From Felis catus (lineage: Eukaryota), in contig NC_058368.1 in NCBI RefSeq assembly GCF_018350175.1, positions 33,172,001 to 33,236,000 of the forward strand: a DNA stretch of 64,000 nt. Direction: 5' to 3'. The stretch's first letter is position 1; each line of letters starts with the position of its first letter. A program made the position numbers and the translations under genes. Below are positions 1-13,232 of the stretch, piece by piece. The notes below the pieces were generated by a model, which saw nothing but the letters and a program-made list of their open reading frames with translations, was not told the origin of the DNA and ran no database searches.

Positions 1-89
1 TATGCCAGGGTACAGAGTGTTTGCCAATCTTTTGCCAAGATGAAACTGAATTGAAAAGGAGACTCCAAAAATGCTTTTTCTTTTCAAAT

Positions 90-725
90 TGTTGAAGACA
101 GAGATGAGCTGCCCTGATTTTACTCCAAGCAAAGACTTGCTGTTCTCTCATGGAGAGTGTGGCCAATAGATAGCTTCCACCTGTCGGTTGCTTCAGGATT
201 TCCCTCAGCTGACTGTGGTCAACTCCTTCCAGAAAAAAATCCCTATTCCATGACTGAGCAAGGTGGTAATATAAAAGTCCAGCCAATTGGCTCAATATGG
301 GACAACTTTGGTAGACAATATTCGCTCCAGAGTGTTTTTTTTTTAATGTTTATTTATTTTTGAGAAAGAGAGAGACAGAGAGATAGACAATGAGTGGAGG
401 AGGAGCAGAGAGAAGGAAACACAGAACCTCAAGCAGGCATCAGGCTCTGAGCTGTCAGTAAAGAGTCTAACTAGGGACTCAAACCCACGAACCATGAGAT
501 CATGACCTGAGCCAAAGTCGGATGCTTAACTGACTGAGCCACACAGGCGTCCCTGCTCCAGAATTTCGTAGAGGGATGGCTGAAGTTTTGTTGGCTTGCA
601 TGTCTGTTCAGCTTATCCAGCTGCCTAATTTTACCTTTCCACTCTTCCCATCGTACAACTCGTTCCTTAACAAATATCTTGTATTCCAAATTCTATCTCA
701 ATGGATAGTTTTGGAAAACCCAAAC
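90..725 (+). mobile_element. Degraded ERV-L LTR (LTR16A-like), split by a CAN-SINE
   Basis: 'ttcgctccag...gagggatggctgaagttttgttggcttgcat...ccttaacaaatatcttgtattccaaattctatctcaatg...ggaaaaccc' resembles the recalled LTR16A 3' half; boundaries approximate. Confidence 0.55.
335..554 (-). mobile_element. CAN-SINE (SINEC_Fc type)
   Basis: Reverse-complement tRNA-like head, (GA)n and T tail; TSD gctccagagt (324-333) / gctccagaat (555-564). Confidence 0.95.
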
Positions 726-1066
726 AACAATTACAATAAAGTAGATAGCTTATTTGTTGCAAGAGGTCTTTGATGTGAAGTCTAAGCTACCTTTCTAGCT
801 TTATGTTGTTTCTGATGATTAGTCTCTTTAGGACCTCTGTGCTGTCTTTTGTGTACTTTGTAGCATATCAGTAAACTGCCATAACCAAAGAAAGGAGCAT
901 CCTCTATATAAGTGCACGGATAGATGGATAGGTACATATATATAAAGTCCTTCCTTCCTTTTCAAAAAGTTAAGGGTAAATCAGTATCTATATGTAATAT
1001 AATTCTACAATATTTATGGTCAAAGTATTCTTGAAAAATGACTTTTTTCCAGTAGGATGTCTGTCT

Positions 1067-1270
1067 TTTAAAAAAATTAATGTCTACATTTTATTTTTGA
1101 GAGAGAGAGTGGGGAAGGGGCAGAGAGAGAGGGAGGCACAGAATCTGAAACAGGCTCCAGGCTCTGAGCTGTCAGCATGGATCCTGATGTGGGGCTCAAA
1201 TCCACACACTGTGAGATCATGACCTGAGCAGAAGTTGAACACTCAACCCAAAGAGCCACCCAAGCACCCC
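1067..1270 (-). mobile_element. CAN-SINE
   Basis: Typical body; TSD agtaggatgtctgtct / agtaggatgcctttct. Confidence 0.95.
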
Positions 1271-2405
1271 AGTAGGATGCCTTTCTAATATACCTTTAAA
1301 AGTAATATCTTTACAAATACACATAGATACATTTATATATTACCCTATAAATAAGTAGTTTTTATTTATAAAACAAGCAAATATTTGCACTGGATGTAGA
1401 AAATATTAGTTCATTTAGCTGTAATATATGTGATTGTGCCATATATTTTGCTCTATCATTCTGAATAATTTCCCTCTACAATAATTCCCCAATAATTTAA
1501 TTATCAAGTCTAAACAAATAGGTAGAATGATATTTGTTTTCCAACCAAGGATATTTGTTTTATGAAAGTAGACTGTAGCTCTGCGCTAGGTATTGATAGA
1601 GGCCTTCGCATCATTTTCTCTCTTATAGTGCTAATTTTCATTTTATTTTGGTTATTATAGTTCTTTAAAAATGTCTGATTATTTAAAATATTAACATAAT
1701 AACTAGAGACTTTTCCTAAATGCAGCAGATTAATCTTAAGTTTACATGTTTCTATATTGGACCAATTCTTAAATTCAGCAAACTATAAAAATATGCATTT
1801 TGTAAATTATTTACAAATTTGCTTCCTAACTCCAATTATTACATTTATTCCCCCACATAAATTTTCTGTCGTTTCACTTAGTGTTAAATGTTTTTAAATA
1901 CATGTTCAATAAATACATAATATATCAATTTATGTTTCCTTTTGTTCAGTGGCACAATATTTTCAAGTGTGCTTTTTGGAGGTATTGCAGATATTTAGTT
2001 CTGAAAAAGGGAGAATAAAGGTATTTATTTGAGAGAACAATAATAATTTTAATGCTGCAAATAGGTATTCAACATTTACTAGAGAGAAAACATTCAGAAA
2101 ATTTGTCGTAACGCACATTCTGTCATAATGACTATCATCAGGATTCCAAATGTTTTTGTTATGAAGAATATTGCATTAATGAGTTCTTTGTGAAGAAGAG
2201 GAATAATTCTCTCAAGTAGGTGTTTTCTCTCCAAGTTTCTGCGTCCTGGCAGTTTACTGCAGAAAGTAGTAAATTAAGAAATTTAGAAAGGAAAAAGTAT
2301 GCAGCAGTGGTATACCAATGGGAGGGACTAGTGAGGGCAGAGGTCTGCCTCAGTGAAGAGGAGTATTTTATCCTTGATGTAATTTAGAATTCTTGATATA
2401 CGTAA

Positions 2406-2617
2406 GGGCGCCTGGGTGTCTCAGTCCGTTAAGTGTCTGACTTCAGCCCAGGTCATGATCTTGCGATTCATGGGTTGGAGCCCTGCATCAGACTCCGTGC
2501 TGACAGCTCAGAGCCTGGGTCCTGCTTCAGATTCTGTGTCTCCCTTTCTCTCTGCCCCTCCCGTGCTCATACTCTCTGTCTCTCAAAAATGAATAAATGA
2601 TAAAAAAAAATAAATAC
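2406..2617 (+). mobile_element. CAN-SINE
   Basis: gggcgcctgggtg head, (CT)n, aataaa and A tail; degenerate TSD ttgatatacgta / ttgatatacata. Confidence 0.95.
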
Positions 2618-2759
2618 AATAGTTATTGATATACATAGATAATAAAAACCTACTGATGTTCAGTGTATGATGTTTTTTTCTAATTTATACACATAGGGCA
2701 GGCACCTCCTGTTGCCTCTGCACAGAAGGACCACTCACACACACTCTTGGTTGGTACAG

Positions 2760-3229
2760 ATGGCTGCCATAGAAGAGTTCTGCTCATCTTACCTTGCAAT
2801 GAGATCATGCTACAGAGAGCACCAGTGACCATACAAATCCACCTGATGCTCCTTCATATCCACCACAGCATTCCTAAAAGGACCACTCTGTCTGGAACAT
2901 CCCTCAGACAATAATTGTAATAAGGATGGTAGTAGACCAAGGCTATTGCCTACTGATGCTCCACTAATGACTTGTATTTCTGCCAGGACTTACTATGAGC
3001 TTGGCCAAGATCTCTCAGAACTAAATGGCAGTCTAAACTCTTCTACACAATCTCTTTTCTTCTAAATTTCTGTTACCAGTTGTGACACTTGAATTGCAGT
3101 CTTAAGATTCTTCCTATATCCCTTGTCCTCTCCCCACCCCCCTTTATCCTTTATAAGGGTTTCTCCCAATAATTCTCTTAAACATCATATTCCATCATGG
3201 TATCTGTTTCTCAGATTACTAGAATTAAC
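2760..3229 (+). mobile_element. ERV-L 5' LTR (LTR16-family-like)
   Basis: Ends 'ctcccaataattctcttaaacatcatattccatcatggtatctgtttctcagattactagaattaaca' like LTR16 3' ends and directly precedes ERV-L-like internal sequence. Confidence 0.55.
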
Positions 3230-4845
3230 AGAGTTGGTTAATTAGGAGTGGTCAACAAAAACATGCAGTGAAATGGGCCTTATTGACTAGATCACCCACA
3301 GCACTGCACTGCAAGGAAGAACACATTAGGAATGTAAGGCACAGTGGGTGAATATTTCACCAGTGACAATCTGGCAAAACATCCTGATTGCCAGTGTAAT
3401 TATTCAGGCATTGCAGATATATGGGATTAACAATGCACAAGGTCAGCCAAATTGGCTGGTTACTACTAAGTTGTATGGACACCTGTAGAAATTGATAAGC
3501 CAATGAGGGCAATAAACAGATAGTTAAAGGCTAAATGTGAGAACTAGTGGGTTGTTGTTGTTGTTTTTTCTTTTTTGGTAGATTACTAAAAGGTGTTCAT
3601 AACTTGTGGTAGAAAAGCAGACAAGCTAAGAGCAGACTCACTTGGATATATTGGACTATTCCCAATATCAGTCCAATAGAGTCTTAGTTGCAGAGAGGTT
3701 AAATGTCCAGTCAAGGCAGCTTTATTATACTAAGATCAAAGTTTTAACTGGAAAAAGTCATTACACACGGGGTGAAGACATCTGGGTTGGTTCCCACAAA
3801 GATCTTGCATATGCAGGTGCCCTTGACCTTCTCCTTTATTAGGAACTAGCACTTGGTCTGTGAGGAAAGATACTTCAGAGACCACTACTTTCAAGGTAAC
3901 ATATACCTTCTCTCTTGGACAACAGTCTGTTGACGAAGATTAATTCTAAGCATAGCGTGTTTGGGTCCTGATGAGGGGAGAAAGAGATTCCACCCTGGAT
4001 GAGCTTGAAAGAGTTATCTAGAATACACTATCAGGAGCCCATAGATGATCTCTGAGATTAGATTCACAGGTGTTTAGTCAAGGAAGCCATCAGAAATGTG
4101 CTAGTGAATGGGGCTCTGGCATCACCAAGAAGTTTGGTGGTGGCTCTTCTCTTTTAGGTAAGGGCTTATAGCTGCCATAGTAGTTCAGTTAGTCTTGTGA
4201 TAGCCTCGGGGATGAGGAGATCCCAAAGTAATAGAGGCAAGGTAGTAGAATTTACCTGACAGAAGGAGCAGGCCACAATTACAGAGACGACTGGAAGGAC
4301 AGAAGGCCAACCGAAGGAATTTGACCAACTTAAGTTGTAGAGATTGTTAATAGAGCATGACATTCATAGAGCCCAAATGAACAGATGATTAGGGTGCTTC
4401 TTCATATGTGCAATCAAAAAAAAGAAGACTGGTGGTGGTTCATATCATCACCTGCTGAAACTGTTAATCTGGTCCCTGCAAAAACCGGATAGAGAATGAC
4501 TGTACGTTACAAGCTTGAGCCCTTAGTATCCATGATTGCGGCTGCTGTGCCGCATGTATTTGCATTACTAGGACATAAGCCTTCAGAAGGTACAAGCTGT
4601 GTAGTTATAGATTTAATGAATGAATTCTTTTCTGTTCCTATCAGGAAAAAATGGTTAGATACAGTTTGTGCTCACTAGAACACTCACAAGTATTTATGAT
4701 TTTGTCCAAGACTATGTTACTTCTCTAACTTTTGCCTTAATATAGTTAGATTTAGACCATTACATCATGCCACAGATTAAAACATTGATCCATCATATTG
4801 ATGGTATCATGCTGATCCAGCAGGATGAGCAAGATAGGACTGGTA
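3230..4845 (+). mobile_element. Degraded class III (ERV-L/HERV16-like) internal region with gag-pol remnants
   Basis: Starts 'gagttggttaattaggagtggtc' like ERV-L internal starts; contains a recognisable RT remnant at 4460-4835. Confidence 0.75.
4460..4835 (+). pseudogene. pol: ERV-L reverse transcriptase fossil (frameshifted, inactive)
   Basis: ORF 4496-4678 MTVRYKLEPLVSMIAAAVPHV...VIDLMNEFFSVPI matches ERV-L RT (MTVDYRKLNQVVTPIAAAVPDV...AIDLANAFFSIPV); 4782-4832 reads TLIHHIDGIMLIQQDEQ, the YIDD motif decayed to HIDG. Confidence 0.9.
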
Positions 4846-4964
4846 TTTCTCTAAACTTGCAGTGGGTATCAGGAACTATAAATTTTAGAAAGACCATTGT
4901 AAGAATACCAAAAATATGAAATACGTTGGTAAAAATTTGCCATGCCATTTAAACTATATTAGCA

Positions 4965-5207
4965 GAACAGATTTGATAAATCTAAAGCACATTTTTTTTA
5001 CCTGAATTTATATTTTGAAATATGGAACACCTGTGGCATGACACAATTAGCCATGTTTTTAAATGTTTCCATCTCTGAACTCAAGATGAATCTTAAACTT
5101 GATGCTATCTTAAAATGGTACTGGTCATTTTTTCCAACCTTCTAGCACATCTAAAATCAGAGTATATCTGAGGATCACCGAAATCTTAGACTTCAGGACA
5201 ATAGCAG
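4965..5207. mobile_element. Possible TcMar DNA transposon fossil (MER104-like)
   Basis: 'catctctgaactcaagatgaatcttaaacttgatg' and 'atcttagacttcaggacaata' resemble the recalled consensus; highly diverged. Confidence 0.35.
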
Positions 5208-5971
5208 TTTGTTTGATTATACACTCTCATATACTCCTGTACGTTTTCTTCATTTATACAAATGAATGAATTGATAAATACAACTTACTTTGTGGTGTTC
5301 TAGTCATGCATAGAATTATCTGAGTTCTAGGTGTTTCTATTTAAGAATTATTGCAGCAAATTGGAACTATTACATAAGAGATCAATGAATGATAGTCTGA
5401 AAGAAAAAAAAAGATTATACACACTGGAAGGAATATTTGAATAGTCTGGGATTCTTGAACTAGATAAGAAAAACTTGAGGGATGTTCTTCAGATATCCAA
5501 GAAGCTGTCAAATGGGGGAATGGAGATAGAAAAAGAAAGGAGGGAGAGAACTGGTATTTCTAATAAACAGACGATTTAACATTCTTCATCTCATTCAGTT
5601 ATTTTAGCAAAAGCTCTGAAACAATATTTTCAAATGAATAAGGTGATATAATGCATAGTCTTTAAATTCACAGTCCATGACCTGAAAGCATAATGGATGT
5701 AATCCAAATAGATCAAATTTCAACATGACACGAAGGAATTTGTAAAAAGAAAAAAAAACTTAATAGCCAAAATACATGATTAGATCTAACAAAGCTGGAA
5801 ATAAAAGTATTGCTGATTGCTAGGAACCATATTCAGAATGATAGATAATATCTGGATGTTAAGAGTCATTGCAACCCTCAAATTTTGAGGTTTTATGGAA
5901 AAATATTTATTGGCTTAATACCTTGTGGTGTATAATAGGATCTTCCTTATAACCCTTTATTTTATAAGCAG

Positions 5972-6470
5972 TGTATCAGTCAGGGAACAAGCAAGAAATT
6001 GGAAGTACACCTAAGTATTTATGCATATGGAACTTCATGCAGGGAATTAGTTACATAATTGATGTAAGAGCTGAAAAATCATACTGGACATAATGCACAA
6101 GCCTAGAAAATAGCAATGGAAAGAAAAAAAAAATCTTCTAGGCCAGAGGAAGCAGTGTTATTTAACACAGACCAGGGGCATTGGCAGAAGACTCATTTTA
6201 TTACTGGAGATTGTACCCAGAGCAAAGAGAGAAGAGAAAGAATGAAACAAGTAAGCCGCTCCCTTCTCCCTCCCACCCTCCTATAGTATCCCACTATAGT
6301 GTGACCTATAGTGTGACCAGCTGGTCACTATAGTGTGACCAGCAAGTGACCTGGCTTGCTTGACTGATCTGGAAGCCTTGATGATTTACCTGCAGTGAAC
6401 AGCACTCCAGTGTCAAAGCCAGCAGAGAAAGGTGGGGACCAAACCTAAGGGGAAGAAGGCCCCAAACCAG
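5972..6470 (-). mobile_element. Ancient ERV-L-class LTR (LTR33/LTR67B-like)
   Basis: Begins tgtatcagtcaggg...cttcatgcagggaattagttacataattgatgtaagagctgaaaa, the reverse complement of a typical ERV-L LTR end. Confidence 0.6.
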
Positions 6471-9400
6471 AGCACTTAGGTGGATATTGTGTTACTTTTG
6501 GAGTATCAGCAAAGGACAATCTTGACTGAGTAACTTCTTATCTAAGACCCAGTCTCTTTATTTTTGACATGGGAAGCTTTACTGTCACAGAAGAAACTTT
6601 CCTGTTACACCATTTTTTCTGTGTATTTTTTTTGTGTGTTTAGATGGGGAAAATTGTAGAGAGAAGGTCTTAGTAGCATACTTTTTCAAATGCTGTTTGC
6701 TTCATAGTGATTTCATTCCAGTGAAATATGGTTTTGATATATCATCACTTTAAAATGAAATTGGTTCAGGAAGGCGAGTAAAGGTTGCATTTATCCAGGT
6801 TACTAGGGGAATGGTGGTTTTCTTAAAGACATTTTATTAAGAAGTAATGAGTACATAACTGGAGTACTACACTGGTGCTTTCTTTTCCAGTTTGTCATTC
6901 ACCTGTCTTCCTCACTTGACTTGATGTGAGTTCTCTGCCTCAAAATGTGTAAAAAGCTTGCAGCAAAGTAAGAATGAGCCTGTTGTGCAAAGCGGGGAAG
7001 CCAAAGAGAAAAGCAATGTGGAAGGGAATGATTTCTCAAAAGTGATATTGCAATCCTTATTTTTTTTTCTTTTATAAAATAGAGCTGTTAAGTGAGAAAG
7101 GATGCAATGCTAGTTTAGGAAACTATGAACGTAAAAACATCGTTAGCCGTGGTATTGATCTGTCAAAAATTTTATGGTGTCCCAACCTGAGGGAAAAGGA
7201 AATTCTCTTTGAGACAAATTGTAGAACGTGGGTAGCAAAAAGTAACATTTGCCTCTGGAGGTAGAGCATTAGAGGAAATCTATATAGTAATAAAGAAAAG
7301 AGGGGATACAGACTACTCTATTGGTTAGAAATGGAAGGATTGACACTAAATACGATACACTACATAAACATTATGATGCCTCTTAAAATATTAAGAGAGG
7401 TAAAGTACTACATATTGAAACATGTGGGGTTTCAGAAAATCTGATTTTTATTTTTTGGAGTCATAGAGAAAGTACCAGTAAATACCAATTAGGCAAATTT
7501 TTATGGAAGATGAGAAATAAAGACATCTTCAAGATTTTACTGATAATAAAATCAATTTATACCACTGAAAGTGAAAAAATACGAATAAAAAAGTAAAATG
7601 TGCATTTTGAGGTACTCTTCATGAATTTCCACTTTTATTCATCTGAGGATTTTTTTTTTCCTGTCGAATTTGATTGCAATCGTGCTAGTCTGGAAACATC
7701 ATTGATTCTGTATTCTGTATATAGCTTAGGAGGGAATATGTCAAATCATGGGTCAATATTTATGCTCTTAGGTGCTGGATGAGGACTTGATTGTAGACAG
7801 ACTCCAAAAGTTTGTAATGTGCAAATTCCTGACCTAAGTCACCCTAAAAGTTCTTTACCCAAAATCGTCTTCCTGTTATCTCTTACGTAATGATTACAGT
7901 TTGTTGCAACAGCTCTAGATGGAAACACCTAGAATCCTGATAATTCTGTGTATAACTGGAACAGTGCAAAGTAAATTGTATTTATCAACTCATTCATTTA
8001 TAGAAATGAAGATAATGTACAAGAGTATCAAAGCCTGTAGTCGTTTTGATGTATTAAAAAATGGGTTTAATAGGATGCTAACTTCAAACAAGAGGGAGTT
8101 CCTGCACTGATCACTGGCAGTGTGCCTCAAACATGTTTTCAGTCTAACATGGCCAATACTTAATTGAAATATGTTGTTGGATCGACACAAAAAGTTTTAA
8201 TTCACACATAATGGGTCTTTCCTGTTATATGACAACCCTCACTGAATTCTCATGGCTATTATGATAATCATAACATACGGCACAGGTCTTTTTGCACTAA
8301 CCGTAGCAGGAACAAAATTTGCACATTGCATTTACCCAAACAGATATGTTACAAAGGAAGAATGTACCAACTTATTTGAAATAATTTATTGATGGGTTAT
8401 TTGTAGGATGAAGAGTGTTCTGAGAATGAATTCCCCAGCATATCAAAGCCAAAACTCCTCTGAACAATGTTTGTGATTTACTCAGTAAGCAAAGATTTCC
8501 TCACAAGTAATATATCCATCTTTATAAACATTTTTTTAGACACCAGAATACACGTATTATTCATTATATAGTCCCCTTATTGCTTCAAAGTGTTTTAAAA
8601 TACCAGTAACACAGATAGGAGCAATGTAAAACTTATTGAGATGTAGCATTAAGAGAACATACAGATATATTTGGTGTTTATCAGTTTGTTAATCAATGTG
8701 TGGCAGTCTTCTTCAGGTAGCCAATGTATATTTACAAACAAACCAAAGCTTGCTATAGAAACAAATAAGAATATTATGACACATTTGTGATCAAGACAAA
8801 AAAGTTATTTTGAAACAGTTTTTCATTGACTCATATTTCTGAACATGACCTAATTTTTTTTTTAAAAAAAGTATAATAAAGATAGAAAAGAAAGGACACG
8901 TAATATGAGAATGAGACTCTGAGAATCAATGCATTACAACGTAGAATACTGTTTTGATGGCATTTGTTACTAATTTATTTCAACTGATTATAAATAATAG
9001 GCCAATTTTTCAAGAAAGGAAAAATATTTCCTAAAGGAGGAGATAATCTTTGAACTTTTAGCCTTTAAAATTATTAGTCTTCTAAAATGCAAATATCCTG
9101 AGCATTGATGAATTTAAATATATCTTAAAAGTGTCCCAGTTTGAGTAGCCCACAGGAAGGTGGGAAAGACACCGGGAATATATATTCAGGGTAGAATTCA
9201 AACTTTCTTGTGACTCTTAAATAGTAATCCTAGCATATTAGATATTGAGTTAAGTTGTTCACAAAGCTTCGAGTATTGTCCAACCTATAAATTCTGTTTA
9301 GAGAAAATCGAGTACAAAATTCTGTAAAAGATTTTTCTTATAAACTAAGGTCAGATGAAGAGCATCAGAGGAATGTGGCAGAATGATTACGGTGTCACGG

Positions 9401-9803
9401 AAAAGAAAGAAAAAGAATGTTGGAATTGCCAGAGTTTAAGATGATCACTTAACATCTCCTTCCATTGAAATGACAAAAGACATTCTCTAAAGCCAGGCAA
9501 ATTTGACCAACAGTATCAGATAAAAGATGAGAATATTACCCAGGTAATTTTAAAATATCTGAAATAGTTCATAGAAATTTTAGTTCATAGAAATTTTAAA
9601 ATATCTAGATGACTCAGTGAACATGAGATTAGATTACTTTAAGTATTGATCTTATTTTCCAGCAGTACAGGAATAGGAGGTTCCTGCTTGGGAAGTAGAA
9701 ATGTCTAAGTACAGAATTCAATGATCTTAAATGTGAGTAACCCTGTCATGGATAATCTGTGAAGGAAATCAAATGACTTTAGGACCAGTGACCACACTCT
9801 ACA

Positions 9804-9976
9804 TCAGTAGTTCTCATATTGTGGCACATGTCAGAATCATGTTAGATTGCCCCAACTAGCAATCTCGAGCTTCTGATTCAGGTTGTCTGGGGTGGTTGCC
9901 TGAGAACTTGCGTTCCTAACAAATTCCCAGGTAACAGCACTGCGACTGGTCTGAAAACCACACTTAGGGAGCCATT
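9804..9976. mobile_element. MER5A-like hAT-Charlie MITE
   Basis: cagtagttctca...cttctgattcaggttgtctggggtgg...gagaacttgcgttcctaacaaattcccaggt...ccacacttagggagccatt; about 170 bp with degenerate TIRs. Confidence 0.85.
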
Positions 9977-10089
9977 TCTCCCCGACACACGGGAGCTGGA
10001 AATGATATTTGCTTCACCAGGCAAAAGTGTCAGTCTGAGTAACACAGAAATGTGGTCGCTACAGACTTCTGAAAATAGAGTGCAAAATA

Positions 10090-10318
10090 TAGAATAGGTT
10101 GCTTCTTGCCCTTGAATCCCTCTCTGATTTTTCACCAACTGACATTGGGAAAATTACTTAAGTTCTCACGTGTTTTCTGTATTCATCGATTATGTGTTCA
10201 TAAAAATACCCCCTACAACTAAGGCTACAGTTATAATTGAGATAATCTGCATGAGGCTCTTAGTACTATAGCCAGACCAAAATTGGTATTTAATAAGTAT
10301 TCACTACTCTCATTATTA
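10090..10318 (+). mobile_element. MIR SINE relic
   Basis: Core 'acattgggaaaattacttaagttctc' and 3' 'gagataatctgcatgaggctcttagtactatagccagac'. Confidence 0.65.
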
Positions 10319-10593
10319 AGGTGGCTATATTATTTTTGCTTTAAAATTCAACAGCCTAACTAATCTTGGTCCACAGAACAAACAGAAAAATGAACATGCT
10401 ATTCAGGATTTCCCAGACAATTCACAATTTCCATAGAAATTTGTTTCCATTTTCTTTTATTACCTGTCACTCTGCCCTCAGACCCCTTCCAGTCTTCAGC
10501 AGCAGGAGGCAAATATGATTGAAAGAACTTCATCTACTGGTATCCACATTGAAAGCATCAGGTAAAATAGAAATGAGCAATCAATAAACTTTC

Positions 10594-10597
<4 letters not shown>

Positions 10598-10657
<60 letters not shown>

Positions 10658-10903
10658 TACATATACATATATTTATATATTTATATATTTGTTTTATATT
10701 TATATTATAAATTATTTATATTAATATTTATATTAATTTATATTATATTATATATTAAATTATATAAATTATATATTATATATAAATTATGTATTATATA
10801 AAATTTATATTTATATATTATATTATACATATAATATATTTATATTATTTTATATTTATATATTTATATATATTTGACTTATATATATAGTCAAATATAT
10901 TTG

Positions 10904-10940
<37 letters not shown>
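10598..10940. repeat. (TA)n-(CA)n compound microsatellite and AT-only low-complexity tract
   Basis: Directly visible. Confidence 0.95.
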
Positions 10941-10944
<4 letters not shown>

Positions 10945-12199
10945 ACTTTGTCTCCATGAGTAAGTCAAACATAAAATTTTTCATAAATAAAATTACATGG
11001 AATGGAAACTTCTCTTTTTCTTATCTGCATAAATACTTGAATGCTGAAATAGTCTTCCTGATATCCTTCTGTTTTTCATCTTTAAAGATTAGTAGTAAAA
11101 AACAGTAGTTCCTTGTGTGTACAGCTAGTCAGCAATCGAAAGAATAGTCATCACTTTAAGGAATCACAACAAATGCCACTCCAAGAACTAAACTTACTTT
11201 GGGAGATCATTAGGGAATGAATTAAAACTCTGACACAAAACACTCGTTTAGCCTATGTTTAGCTCTACTTACTCCAAAATATTCAATTCTTTGCTTCTTT
11301 TTTTTCACCCCATTTACATAGTCTACAACTTTAATCTTTCTCTTGTCAATATCGGCTTTCTTATCTATTTTGACTAAACTTATCCTTGAGCTCCCAAACA
11401 CTATTTAGAAAAACATGTTTATTACTAAAGACTGAGAGCATTAGAAATTTTGGTCTGTTAATTTACCACCAGTATTAACCCAAAATTCTATATACCCTTT
11501 GGTAGTCCGTGCTTTAATTTAATGTAGCAAAGATTGCAATATTTCTCCACCATCATCCAACCCTACTTTACTACCTCTATCCTATGTCTTATCACAAGGG
11601 AAAGGCCTCAGTATCTTGTCACTAAACTTGCAACCCTACCTATACATTTCTTTTTCCCTGCGATTATAGTGAAGGGACTTCTCACAAACTAAGGTTAATC
11701 CTTCCAAAATAAAATGTATCCCAATTTTTCCCTCTTTCCCTGGGACATGCATCATTTTGGCTATCCTACATGGCTCCAGGTTCCCTACTGATAGTTCGAT
11801 AATATCAAACACACCTCTCTCCCATCCAAAAATGAATATCCTCAATATACGTACACACACATACACACACAAACCTACTCACAGTATCTCATGACTTCAC
11901 ATTTTTTTCTGAGCTGATGCCCTTTAACTTCCCTTGACTTCTTATTTTTTCTTCAACCCACTTCAGTGAGGTTTCTACCCCTACCACCCAGTATCATGTA
12001 CAACATAGTTCTCTTTAAATAACTATTATGCATGTTTTGGTTCTGAATGTGCTCATCTCTATTGAAGTTCTTGGAAGAGCAAGAACTTTTTTTGAAAAGA
12101 TTTATACTCTAGGATTCAAATGCTTCAACTTCATAATATATGTAGATACATTTAGGTTTTAATTGCAACAAAACAGCATACATTAAATAGGATGAGGTA

Positions 12200-12620
12200 T
12201 TTATTCATTCCCTCATTTGTTCCATAAATACTTATTGAATGTATGTAATAGCACAAGAACTGGATTATTTCATCAGACTACAACAATGCTTATAGCAAAT
12301 GCAAAAATTGTTAAATTGTAGTCATGGTATACTTGGTATATGTGGAAAAATGGAGGTAGAGCTTAATACAAGACTACATAACTGGATTAACTATTTTGAG
12401 GAACCATGAAGGGCTTCTCACAGCCCTGAAGGAGGTGCCGTCATTAATTCAGTGAGAAAAGGTCATGAACAGAGGTCTTGAGGGAAAACTGGATAGAGAA
12501 ACTATCTAGTTAAGAGGTGAAGAGGACTAAACTGAAAGCAGGGTAGCGAAGTTGGGACATATAAGCAAGAAGACTGGCTTGAGATGAGACTGGGGAGTTA
12601 GGTAGTATCTTGTTAATTCA
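12200..12620 (-). mobile_element. L2 3' relic
   Basis: 'ttattcattccctcatttgttccataaatacttattgaatgtatgtaatagcacaagaactg' typical L2 terminus in reverse. Confidence 0.55.
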
Positions 12621-13232
12621 GAGTCTAATGCAAGTGATTTCACACTTTATAGTATGAACTTGCAATAAAACTGTATGACTTAAGAATAATGGGTGCTCTC
12701 CTGTGAAAAGGGAGATTAGAGAGATTCACTGTCTCTGTGACATTGATGGAGCTTCTCACAGATTTTTGCAGTCAGGAAAGGGTGATAGTTGATGGCATTC
12801 CAGGACACAGAAGTGTCATAAGCAGAGAAGTCAGGAAGAAAAGGATAATAAAGTGCTCAGTGGAGGTATGATCTCATACTCTAAAGTTGGTATTCTGCCA
12901 ATGGGACATTATGACCACTTTCTGTGTTCTGTACTGGAAAACATAATTAGGTTTTAGGCTACACTTTCCTTTATTCTGAGAAAGATCTGAGCAGTGAGGT
13001 TTTAGTCACCAGATACAAAGCAAATACCTACCCATTCTGCTAGGAAAAAAATCCAAAATGACAGGTATTTCAGATAATGTGTTAATTGCTATTTTATAAT
13101 TAAAATTGGATACATCCCAGGTTTTTCACCACTTCACCTAATACCAGGGATGGGTCCTCACTAACATCTGGATGGCAGGTGATCCAATTACTGTCTTAAA
13201 ACTTGCTTCTCAGGACCGTTTCCAGTATCAAA

